Of a stretch of 32,000 bases of DNA, positions 24,239 to 32,000 are shown one piece after another. The stretch comes from Aciduliprofundum boonei T469 (GTDB lineage: Archaea > Thermoplasmatota > Thermoplasmata > Thermoplasmatales > Aciduliprofundaceae), in the NCBI RefSeq assembly GCF_000025665.1, contig NC_013926.1, positions 1,350,001 to 1,382,000 of the forward strand, read 5' to 3'. Numbering within the stretch: position 1 is the stretch's first letter; each line of letters starts with the position of its first letter. A model generated the notes under the pieces. The model did not search any database and was not told where the DNA came from. It saw nothing but the letters and a program-made list of their open reading frames with translations. Both the position numbers and the translations under genes were made by a program.

Positions 24239-25431
24239 ACCAATCCCTCCGCTTTAAGCACAGCTTCCTTATTTACATCAACCCAGTTAACCTCATCCAC
24301 ATCTTCCTTCAATGCCTTCTCTGCAATCTCTACAACCTCGCCTAATGACTTGAATGTTATGTCTCTTCCTCCAAGTCCAATGATGAAATCAATGATTTTT
24401 GGCTTCTTGCTCTCATTGGCAAATGTGGCGGCTAGCTCGGCATAAACAGCTCCTCCAAAGCCGAAGGATATGTTTCTCTCTAACACGGCAACTACAGGTA
24501 CATCCTTTAGCAATGCTCTTAATTCTTCCTTTGGAAACGGCCTGAATGTCGTGAGCTTGAGCAATCCCACCTTCTTACCTTCTTTTCTCAATTTCTTAAC
24601 AAATTCCCTAGTTGTGGAAGTCATGGAACCCATTGTAACTAGGACAATATCCGCATCCTCCAAGAATTCTGGAGTCACCTTGGAGTACTTCCTTCCAAAT
24701 TTGTTGTGGAACTCTTCAAACACTTCGTCTATAACCTTCTTGGCACGCTCCATCGCAATCCACTGCCCATACTTGAATTCCATAAAGTACTCTGGAAATC
24801 CAAATGCTCCCAATGTAGCTGGTTTCTCCGGGTCTAGAGTTACATAATGAGGTACAAACTCGCCCAAGAAATCGTCCACATCCTTCTGTTCTGGAATCTC
24901 CACTGGCTCTACTGTGTGAGTTAGCACGAATGCATCGATACCCACCATCGCTGGAAGTAGGATTCTCTCATCTTCCGCTATCTTAAATGCCATTATACCC
25001 AAATCCAAGCCCTCTTGATTGCTCTCAGCATAGAACTGCATCCAGCCAGTATCACGCTGTGCCATCATATCTTGGTGGTCGCACCATATGTTTATTGGTG
25101 CACTCAAAGCCCTATTTCCTATGCCCATAACTATGGGCAAGCGCATACCAGAAGCTATGAAAAGAACTTCATGCATTAAAGCAAGGCCTTGAGATGCTGT
25201 AGCAGTACCAACACGCACACCGTGGGCACTTGCACCTATGGCAGCGGAGATTGCGCTATGCTCACTTTCCACGGGTACAAATTCGGCATCCATCTCTCCA
25301 TTTGCCAAGAACTCACTTATCTTTTCAGGAACTAAAGTAGAAGGTGTGATGGGATACGCAGGTATTACTTTCACTCTAGCAAGCTTGAATGCATACGCTA
25401 TTGATTCATTACCTCTAATCATCGCCTTCAT
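24235..25431 (-). CDS. 2-oxoacid:ferredoxin oxidoreductase, alpha subunit
   Basis: 398 aa. GNESIAYA...VIPAYPITPST, SEHSA.SA..GAS..G.R. The 4-nt overlap with the beta subunit gene indicates an operon. Confidence 0.85.
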   Translation of the reverse strand: MKAMIRGNESIAYAFKLARVKVIPAYPITPSTLVPEKISEFLANGEMDAEFVPVESEHSAISAAIGASAHGVRVGTATASQGLALMHEVLFIASGMRLPIVMGIGNRALSAPINIWCDHQDMMAQRDTGWMQFYAESNQEGLDLGIMAFKIAEDERILLPAMVGIDAFVLTHTVEPVEIPEQKDVDDFLGEFVPHYVTLDPEKPATLGAFGFPEYFMEFKYGQWIAMERAKKVIDEVFEEFHNKFGRKYSKVTPEFLEDADIVLVTMGSMTSTTREFVKKLRKEGKKVGLLKLTTFRPFPKEELRALLKDVPVVAVLERNISFGFGGAVYAELAATFANESKKPKIIDFIIGLGGRDITFKSLGEVVEIAEKALKEDVDEVNWVDVNKEAVLKAEGLV

Positions 25432-25749
25432 TTACTTCTCCTCCTTCACAAAATCTATTGCTTTTACAGGACATTCATTATAGCATATTCCACAACCCTT
25501 GCAGTAGTCATAATCAATTACCACCACGGGCAATTTCTTTAATGCTTCCTTTGGTGCTGGTGTTTTCATTCTAGTTTCTTCGTCATCATACCTCAATATA
25601 GAGGGCTCTGGGCAAAATTGCCAGCAAATTAAGCAACGAATACATTTATCATAGTTTATCACAGGCTTAAACACCCTCCAAGTTCCAGTTTTATTTTCAA
25701 TAGAATTACCTGGATCAGTAATTACAGCTCCTCGGGTTATAACATCCAT
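25432..25749 (-). CDS. 2-oxoacid:ferredoxin oxidoreductase, delta subunit (2x[4Fe-4S] ferredoxin-like)
   Basis: 105 aa with two CxxCxxCxxxCP motifs (CIRCLICWQFCP, CKGCGICYNECP). Confidence 0.85.
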   Translation of the reverse strand: MDVITRGAVITDPGNSIENKTGTWRVFKPVINYDKCIRCLICWQFCPEPSILRYDDEETRMKTPAPKEALKKLPVVVIDYDYCKGCGICYNECPVKAIDFVKEEK

Positions 25750-25752
25750 TTT

Positions 25753-26343
25753 TTACCACCCCAATACAGTTTGTTTGTAGGCATCTTCCGCCGCTAAAGC
25801 GTTTTCCTCCTTTTTAGCAGGAGCATTCTCACGAATTGCCTCAAGCACATACTCAATTTTCACATTTCCAACTGCTTTGGCATAAGCTCCAAGAATTGCT
25901 GTATTCACTATGGGCGCAGCCATGGAGCCAAGTTTATGTTCCAAAGCGACTCTTGTAGCATCAACTGTTGCAATCTTGTAATTTCCAAGATTAAACTCCT
26001 CTGGCTTCTTTGCAGTGTTAATCACTATAATTCCCCCCTCCTTCAAGCCCTCGGTAACATCAATGACATCCATAAGGGAAGGGTCAAGCACCACAACAGC
26101 ATCTGGATTGTACACATTCATTCTCACATCGATTTTCTTGTCATCAATTCTAGTAAACGCTTGTACAGGTGCACCTCTGCGCTCCACGCCAAAATAGGGA
26201 AACGATTGAGCGTAGAACCCTTGCTTCACTGCTGCTATGGCCAGAATATTGGCCGCCGTAACGGCTCCCTGGCCTCCTCTTCCATGGAATCTTACTTCGT
26301 ACATAGTGGGGGTTATAATTTTCTTAACCTTAAATCTTACCAT
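25753..26343 (-). CDS. 2-oxoacid:ferredoxin oxidoreductase, gamma subunit
   Basis: The core begins YEVRFHGRGGQGAVTAANILA. The start is ambiguous: ATG at 26343 (MVRFKVKK.., possibly leaderless) or ATG at 26304 (MYEVRFHG..). The ORF-track start at 26424 adds an unlikely F/H-rich extension. Confidence 0.8.
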   Translation of the reverse strand: MVRFKVKKIITPTMYEVRFHGRGGQGAVTAANILAIAAVKQGFYAQSFPYFGVERRGAPVQAFTRIDDKKIDVRMNVYNPDAVVVLDPSLMDVIDVTEGLKEGGIIVINTAKKPEEFNLGNYKIATVDATRVALEHKLGSMAAPIVNTAILGAYAKAVGNVKIEYVLEAIRENAPAKKEENALAAEDAYKQTVLGW

Positions 26344-26379
26344 GAAATCTTTATCAAACTTGCTGTAATATCCCCAACT

Positions 26380-27594
26380 ATGAAAATGAATGAAATTTTT
26401 GAAAAATTGGAAGAGATGCAGCAAGAGCTCATAAACTTCACAATTGAGATGAATAGAATAAAGGCAGTAAATCCAGCATTCGGAGGTGAAGGAGAAGAAA
26501 AAAGGGCAGAATGGTTAGAAGGAAAATTGAAAGAAATATGCGATGAAGTGCATCGCTACGATACCGTTGATGAAAATGGGCTGAAAAGGCCAAATTTGAT
26601 AGGAATAATATATGGAGAGAATAGGGAAAGAACAATATGGTTCATAGGCCACATGGATACTGTGCCAGAAGGGGATTTAGAGCTTTGGAACCATGACCCC
26701 TATGACCCAATACTCAAGGATGGAAAGATTTACGGAAGGGGCACCTTAGATGATGGTCAAGCCATAGTTTCTTCTTACTTTGCAGCCAAGGCAATTTTAT
26801 CCTCAGGGTATAGGCCAAAATACAATATCGGGCTAGCTTATGTGGCTGATGAAGAGGCAGGTAGCAGATACGGTGCGGCATTCTTGATGGACAAGGGAAT
26901 ATTCAAGCAAAATGATTTGGTTGTTGTACCAGATAGCGGAAATGAAGACGGCTCTTTTATAGAAATCGCCGAGAAGAGTGCAGCATGGTTAAAAATCACA
27001 ACCATAGGAAAGCAAACACACGCCTCCATACCTCACACGGGTATAAATGCCCATAAGGCAGGTATGAAGTTCGCCCTTGCGGTGGATGAATTCTTGCATA
27101 GGAAGTATGATGCAAGGGATGAAACATTCGAGCCCCCAGAATCAACATTTGAGATAACAAAGAAGGAGAAGAATGTGGACAATATAAACACAATTCCCGG
27201 AACAGATATAATCTACTTTGATTTTCGAGTATTGCCCCAATATAACATAGATGATGTAATTTCAGATGTTAAAGAGATAGCAAATGAGTACGAAGATAAA
27301 GAGAGAGTTAAGATAAATGTAGACATTGTGCAGAAATCTCAGGCAGCTCCCCCCACAGATGTGAATAGCGAGATAGTCCAGAAATTAATAAAGGCAATAA
27401 AAGAGCTTCGTGGTATTGAGGCAAGACCCGGGGGCGTTGGTGGAGGCACTGTAGCAGCATTTTTCAGAAGAATGGGAGTTCCGGCTGTGGTTTGGATGAC
27501 AGCAGATGAGGTTGAGCACCAGCCAAACGAATTCTGCCGTATTAAAAATTGCATTGAAGATGCAAAAGTGTTCATCTATCTTGCCATGAATTAA
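26380..27594 (+). CDS. M20 family metallohydrolase (ArgE/DapE/LysK-like deacylase or peptidase)
   Basis: GHMDTVP, RGTLDDGQA, ADEEAGS, and a dimerisation-domain pattern. The true start is taken as MKMNEIFEKL. The 148 upstream codons of ORF 25936..27594 are antisense to the gamma subunit gene. Confidence 0.8.
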   Translation: MKMNEIFEKLEEMQQELINFTIEMNRIKAVNPAFGGEGEEKRAEWLEGKLKEICDEVHRYDTVDENGLKRPNLIGIIYGENRERTIWFIGHMDTVPEGDLELWNHDPYDPILKDGKIYGRGTLDDGQAIVSSYFAAKAILSSGYRPKYNIGLAYVADEEAGSRYGAAFLMDKGIFKQNDLVVVPDSGNEDGSFIEIAEKSAAWLKITTIGKQTHASIPHTGINAHKAGMKFALAVDEFLHRKYDARDETFEPPESTFEITKKEKNVDNINTIPGTDIIYFDFRVLPQYNIDDVISDVKEIANEYEDKERVKINVDIVQKSQAAPPTDVNSEIVQKLIKAIKELRGIEARPGGVGGGTVAAFFRRMGVPAVVWMTADEVEHQPNEFCRIKNCIEDAKVFIYLAMN

Positions 27595-27630
27595 GAAAAC
27601 TTTAATTACAACCCCTCTCTTTCACTATTT

Positions 27631-28689
27631 GTGAAAATAGCATTTGGAGTGTGCTCTCTTGGAATAGGACATGCCACGAGGAGTGCTCCCATAATAGCAA
27701 AGCTCGTAGAGGAAGGACATGAAGTGGTAATAATCACCTATGGTAGAGCTGCTGATATATTAAAAAAGGAGTTTCCTTATCTGAAAGTTTACGAAATTCC
27801 AGATTTTCCCATTCAATATCCTGAGAGAGCACACCAGTTCATTCCCTACATATTTATGAATTCAAACAAGATTGCAAGATCAATATTTAAAGCCCATAAA
27901 AATTTTTTAGGCTTGCATGAGGAACAAAATTTTGATTTAATTATCTCTGACAGCAGATTTGATGTTTTTCATAGAAATGTGCCTTCATTTCTTATAATTC
28001 ATCAACTTAGAATTATGGTTCCTCTTCACATTTTAAGAGCAGGAATATTGGTGTATAACGCATACATATCCAGATTCTTCAAAAAAATCCTTGTTCCAGA
28101 TTTCAGAGAGAATTCTTTGAGTGGGGATATGTCCCACAATCTCAAGATAATTGATGGAAATAAAATTGAGTACATAGGCCCGTTGTCTCCATTCAAGCAC
28201 CGAGATTTACCGAGGGATATAGATGTTTTGATTTCAATATCTGGGCCTGAACCACAGAGAACTCTCTTTGAGAGAAAGATTATGAAAAGTATTGATGGGT
28301 TGGATGGAAATATAGTTATAACCCTGGGCAAACCTGATGAGAAAATTAGAAATGATGACTTAAAAATATATTCATATCTAACTATGGATGAGAGAGAAGA
28401 AATAATGAATAGAAGTAAGCTTATAATTTCTCGTTCAGGGTACTCTACGATCATGGATTTGTACGCCATAGGTGGAAAAGCCATGTTTGTTCCCACTCCC
28501 GGCCAGCCAGAGCAGGAGTATCTGGCAAGGTACTTGGAGCGTAGAGGTATTGCAGGATATATGACACAGGAAAATTTGGATTTGAGAGAAATTATAAGTA
28601 GAGCAGGTAATTATAGCGGCTTCAAAGGAAAATATGATACTCGTATCTCAGTTGAAAATGCCATAAGGGTGATCACCGAATGGAGTTAA
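27631..28689 (+). CDS. GT-B glycosyltransferase (GT28/MurG-like C-terminal domain; MJ1255/TIGR00661-like family)
   Basis: 352 aa. N-terminal glycine loop CSLGIGHATRS. C-terminal SRSGYSTIMDL...GKAMFVPTPGQPEQEYLARYLE is typical of the GT28 C-terminal domain. GTG start. Confidence 0.7.
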   Translation: MKIAFGVCSLGIGHATRSAPIIAKLVEEGHEVVIITYGRAADILKKEFPYLKVYEIPDFPIQYPERAHQFIPYIFMNSNKIARSIFKAHKNFLGLHEEQNFDLIISDSRFDVFHRNVPSFLIIHQLRIMVPLHILRAGILVYNAYISRFFKKILVPDFRENSLSGDMSHNLKIIDGNKIEYIGPLSPFKHRDLPRDIDVLISISGPEPQRTLFERKIMKSIDGLDGNIVITLGKPDEKIRNDDLKIYSYLTMDEREEIMNRSKLIISRSGYSTIMDLYAIGGKAMFVPTPGQPEQEYLARYLERRGIAGYMTQENLDLREIISRAGNYSGFKGKYDTRISVENAIRVITEWS

Positions 28690-29702
28690 AGAAATACAAA
28701 AAATGGATGATTATCTCTATTGTCATTAGCGCCACATCCTTGGCCATCATCTATATGATGAGTGCAACAAAGCAGGCAGAAGAAATAATTTTAACTATTC
28801 ATCCATTGATAATTTTAGTTGCTTTATTATTTAATCTATTCAGTTGGATGGCTTGGGCTCTGAGAATAAAAATACTGGCCTCCGCTCTAAATACAAAGGT
28901 TACATACTCTAAGGCTTTCAAAATTGTTATGGTAAGTCATTTTATGGCATCTGTCACTCCCTCATCCATGGGCGGAGAACCAATGCGAATATATATGCTC
29001 ACCCAAGACGAAATAGCTCAAGGTGATACCAGTGTGGGAAATGCAACCGCTCTAACCCTTGGAGAAAGACTCATAGATTTCATATTCTTTGGGGTCACTC
29101 TTCCAATTCTCTTGCTCTTAGTCGGACTATCCGTGGATTTAACGGGAGTAAGATATCTCTTAATCGGTTCAGGAGTATTACTCGGTTTACTGGGAATATT
29201 AACATTCTACATTGTCACACATCCACATAAATTCAATAAGCTTTCTAAAAAAGTCAACAAATTGTTAAAATTCTTTATCAAGGATAAGAGCAAGAGAAAA
29301 AGAATAATCCTAAAAATGGAGCAAGAATTTGGAGTTTTTTCATCCGGAATAATAAGCCTATTTAAGCATAAAAAATGGCATCTTTTAGCAACTATTGCTA
29401 CCACTGCTCTTATGTGGAGCTTTGGATTTATGATTCCTTCCATAATTCTAATAGGTCTTGGACTTCCACCCATATGGCTTTTATCTTACACCTTTCAAAT
29501 GATTATAGTTCTGATCACAATGATTCCCATATCTCCTGGTGGAAGTGGCCTTGCAGAATTTTCAGCGTATTTTCTCTATGGACAACAGGTACCCAAAGAA
29601 TTTTTGGGACCCCTAATTGTTGTTTGGAGAATTTTAACATTTTATATGAATTTGGGCGTTGGATTAGTTTACACCCTGCACTACATAGCAAAAGGTAAAT
29701 AA
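28680..29702 (+). CDS. flippase-like polytopic membrane protein (UPF0104 / LPG_synthase_TM, MprF N-terminal-domain family)
   Basis: 340 aa, about 8 TM segments. Motifs TPSSMGGEPMRIYML and ISPGGSGLAEF match the family signatures (GGEP.R and PGG.G..E). SD GGTGAT upstream. Overlaps the GT gene by 10 nt. Confidence 0.7.
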   Translation: MELKKYKKWMIISIVISATSLAIIYMMSATKQAEEIILTIHPLIILVALLFNLFSWMAWALRIKILASALNTKVTYSKAFKIVMVSHFMASVTPSSMGGEPMRIYMLTQDEIAQGDTSVGNATALTLGERLIDFIFFGVTLPILLLLVGLSVDLTGVRYLLIGSGVLLGLLGILTFYIVTHPHKFNKLSKKVNKLLKFFIKDKSKRKRIILKMEQEFGVFSSGIISLFKHKKWHLLATIATTALMWSFGFMIPSIILIGLGLPPIWLLSYTFQMIIVLITMIPISPGGSGLAEFSAYFLYGQQVPKEFLGPLIVVWRILTFYMNLGVGLVYTLHYIAKGK

Positions 29703-29749
29703 TCGCACCTCATTATCTATCAGAGATGGGACAAGAAGGAGAAAAATAT

Positions 29750-31426
29750 ATGCTCTCTCTTCGAAGACATGTTGTTGCCACCCCAAGATATGAAATAACC
29801 ATAATTTTATCCATAGTGTTTATAATTATTGCCTCATATTTGATTTCATTTGACATATGGAAAACGATATTGTTTTTTGGATTACCTTACATTATCGTTA
29901 TTCTCTTAGACATTCTAATAATAAGATTCACCCGCATATACTTTCCAAGCAGAAGAATTATTACCCTGAATTTAGTTGTGGCCATAAGTGCAATAGTACA
30001 AATTGCAATATTCCAGCTATTCTATCCTTTCGAATTTTCCCTATTTCTCGCATTTTCGTCAGCAACATTTCTCAGAACTTTGGTTTATTATGTATTTATG
30101 AGAAGAAAGCCCGGGCTGGCCATTTTAACCTCCTTGAACTACAATATAATCTATGCAATTATGCTTCCATTTGTTGGTAAAAATTATATACTCCCATTTA
30201 TAGTATCAACTACCATCTACACTGTGATAGCACTTCTAATTTTGAAAATCTCAACAGTTCAGTTTATTAAGGAATTTGGAGAAGACCCTCTATGGTTTAT
30301 ATCCTCATTTGTAAATTATCTTTCAAATGAGACAAAAGAAAATGTACATCATATTAACAGATTCTTTGAAAGTATATATGATAAAAGAAAAGCACCCGTA
30401 TCAACCTTAATTTTCTGGAAAGGTGAAAAACCAAAAGCTATATTTGTATTTCCATACATTCATCCAGGTCCATTTGGAAATGTGGGAGGAAGCAATTTAA
30501 CAAAAAAACTGAGAGATTTTACAGGGATGAGCAACTTGCTCGTATTTCACACAACAACCACTCATGATAATAATGTGGCAAATGATAAAGATGTTAAAAA
30601 AATTGCAGAGGTAATAAAGAGATCCCTGAATTCTCAGAAGAAGTACGAAAAAATGAGTGATATTTATAGATTTAAAATCGATGGATTCGAAGTTCTAACT
30701 CAAATATTCGGAAAATATGCATTTATATCTCTTCTACCTACAAACAATATTTTTGATGATGTTGATCTTGAAAGCGGCTTAATTTTAAGAAACAAGCTAT
30801 CTAATATATACGAGGATTCTGCCATTGTGGATGCTCATAACAATTTTGACGAAGATGCTACCCCATTAAGTTTAAAAAACAAAGATATAAACAGAATTGT
30901 AGAAAGAATGAAAAATATAAAAGCTGATGCCCCGATAAAGATGGGATATTCTCAGAGATTAATAAAAGGCGATAGTGTAGGTCCAGATGGGATTAAGGTT
31001 GCAGTGTTTGAATACAAAAACAAAAAAATGGGGTACATACTGGTTGACGGAAATAACATAAAAAAAGGATTTAGAGATAAGGTGAAGAGTTCAGTTAAGG
31101 AGCTTTTAGACGATGTTGAGATCTTCTCCACTGACAATCACATTGTGAACTACGACATTTTAGATTTGAATCCATTTGGGAGCAAAGATTCTTGGGAAGA
31201 TTTAATAAAAAACATAAGAGATGCAATTAAAGATGCCATAAACAACATAGAAGATGTGAAAGTTAGTATGCATACCGAAAATGTTGAATTTATAATGGCC
31301 AGAAGGGGACAGCTTAAAAGGATGAGTGATATAACAAAGGATGCCCTTAGAAGAGTTAAAATCTCGATACCTCTCTTAACATTGGGAGGCTTTTTTGGTG
31401 CGTTGTTATCATTTATCTATCTCTGA
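29750..31426 (+). CDS. DUF2070-like archaeal membrane protein (N-terminal polytopic domain, large soluble domain, C-terminal TM)
   Basis: About 6 N-terminal TM helices, a soluble region of about 330 aa with His/Asp-rich motifs (YIHPGPFGNVGGS, FHTTTTHDNN, VDAHNNFD, STDNHIV), and a terminal TM. Start preferred at the ATG at 29750, preceded by AAGGAG. The ORF-track start is 29726. The family assignment is from memory. Confidence 0.55.
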   Translation: MLSLRRHVVATPRYEITIILSIVFIIIASYLISFDIWKTILFFGLPYIIVILLDILIIRFTRIYFPSRRIITLNLVVAISAIVQIAIFQLFYPFEFSLFLAFSSATFLRTLVYYVFMRRKPGLAILTSLNYNIIYAIMLPFVGKNYILPFIVSTTIYTVIALLILKISTVQFIKEFGEDPLWFISSFVNYLSNETKENVHHINRFFESIYDKRKAPVSTLIFWKGEKPKAIFVFPYIHPGPFGNVGGSNLTKKLRDFTGMSNLLVFHTTTTHDNNVANDKDVKKIAEVIKRSLNSQKKYEKMSDIYRFKIDGFEVLTQIFGKYAFISLLPTNNIFDDVDLESGLILRNKLSNIYEDSAIVDAHNNFDEDATPLSLKNKDINRIVERMKNIKADAPIKMGYSQRLIKGDSVGPDGIKVAVFEYKNKKMGYILVDGNNIKKGFRDKVKSSVKELLDDVEIFSTDNHIVNYDILDLNPFGSKDSWEDLIKNIRDAIKDAINNIEDVKVSMHTENVEFIMARRGQLKRMSDITKDALRRVKISIPLLTLGGFFGALLSFIYL

Positions 31427-31463
31427 GAAAAATTTAAATTTTTCAGTTTTTCTCTCTTTTATT

Positions 31464-32000
31464 ATGCTTCATGTAGGCACTTGCGGCTTTCCTGTTGCCC
31501 GAAAGAAATACTCACAGGAATTTAAGGTTGTGGAAATTCAAAAAACATTCTACACCCCAATTAAAGAAGAGACTGCAAAAAGATGGAGAGATGATATGCC
31601 CAGAGATTTTGAATTCACTATGAAAGCACCACAAACTATAACACATCCCACCAGTAGTCCCACATATAGAAGATATAAAGGAAAAAATGGAGATTTTGGA
31701 TTTTTCAAAAATAATGAAGATGTTATGAGTTCCTGGGAACAGGCGAGGAAGATAGGAAAGATTTTGAGAGCCAAGATAATCATATTCCAATCCCCCGCCA
31801 GTTTTAAAGAGGATAAAAACAATATAAAAAATATTTACAATTTTTTCAATAGCATAGAAAGAGATTTTATTTTCGGATGGGAGCCAAGGGGTAAATGGGG
31901 AGAGGCGAGCATCAAGAAAATATGTAGTGATCTAAATTTGATCCATATAGTTGACCCATTTAAAAATAAAAAACTCTGGGGAGATTTTGGATACTATCGG
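31464..32000 (+). CDS. DUF72 (UPF0759) family protein, N-terminal part (runs off the window)
   Basis: An open frame not listed in the ORF track because there is no stop in the window: MLHVGTCGFPVARKKYSQEFKVVEIQKTFYTPIKEETAKRWRDDMPRDFEFTMKAPQTITH... This matches the DUF72 pattern (G..G...........F..vEi..TFY.......W....P..F.F..K....iTH). A TATA-like AAATTTAAATTTTT about 25 nt upstream suggests a leaderless mRNA. Confidence 0.7.
   Translation, partial: MLHVGTCGFPVARKKYSQEFKVVEIQKTFYTPIKEETAKRWRDDMPRDFEFTMKAPQTITHPTSSPTYRRYKGKNGDFGFFKNNEDVMSSWEQARKIGKILRAKIIIFQSPASFKEDKNNIKNIYNFFNSIERDFIFGWEPRGKWGEASIKKICSDLNLIHIVDPFKNKKLWGDFGYYR

Noticed and set aside
25936-26379. The 552-aa ORF 25936..27594 suggests a very long protein that overlaps the oxidoreductase gamma subunit gene.
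   Set aside because: The first 148 codons are antisense to a well-supported gamma subunit CDS and translate to low-complexity, family-less sequence. M20 peptidase homology begins only at MKMNEIFEKL (26380). This is an over-extended ORF, not a case of overlapping genes.
1-32000. A search for CRISPR arrays, IS elements or transposases, integrases, toxin-antitoxin pairs, known defence-system genes and long direct or inverted repeats.
   Set aside because: I recognised none. There are no periodic repeat-spacer patterns, no transposase-like or integrase-like ORFs, and the intergenic space is minimal. Apart from the lysozyme gene, the window reads as core chromosome.

Overview
This window looks like a compact, AT-rich (by eye) archaeal chromosome segment. 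Evidence: S8e, SRP19, aMBF1, archaeal-type TrpRS, RNase Z, a four-subunit 2-oxoacid:ferredoxin oxidoreductase, TATA-type promoters, GGTGAT Shine-Dalgarno sites, a GC-rich tRNA and a box C/D sRNA. It is probably a thermophilic euryarchaeon. The gene content is compatible with the DHVE2/Aciduliprofundum lineage, but I cannot confirm that without a database search. About 34 protein genes cover roughly 95% of the window. Most are housekeeping: serine biosynthesis, two glutamine-synthetase-family genes, aminotransferases, glycerol kinase, AlaX, M42 and M20 peptidases, MfnA and POR/VOR. I found no CRISPR array, IS element, integrase or recognisable defence island. The main observations are: (1) A 574-aa signal-anchored GH25 muramidase with an amidase-like domain, two SH3b domains and a C-terminal anchor. 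The host should have no murein, so this looks like a horizontally acquired antibacterial or bacteria-scavenging enzyme. An enzyme of this type has been reported for Aciduliprofundum boonei. (2) A textbook box C/D sRNA that is absent from the ORF track. It sits between a TATA box and the start codon of an HTH-PRTase (GfcR-like) regulator and overlaps that gene's ribosome-binding site. (3) A tightly coupled serC-like/serA/DUF1015 operon in which the DUF1015 protein carries a ParB/sulfiredoxin-like DGHHR motif. (4) A glycosyltransferase / MprF-like flippase-domain / DUF2070 membrane module. (5) A TTACCAA triple repeat between the divergent promoters of glnA and an aminotransferase. (6) A Cys4 Fe-S-type motif in TrpRS. 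(7) An orphan surface protein with many N-glycosylation sequons. All functional calls rest on my reading of the translated ORFs and on remembered family motifs. No searches were run.
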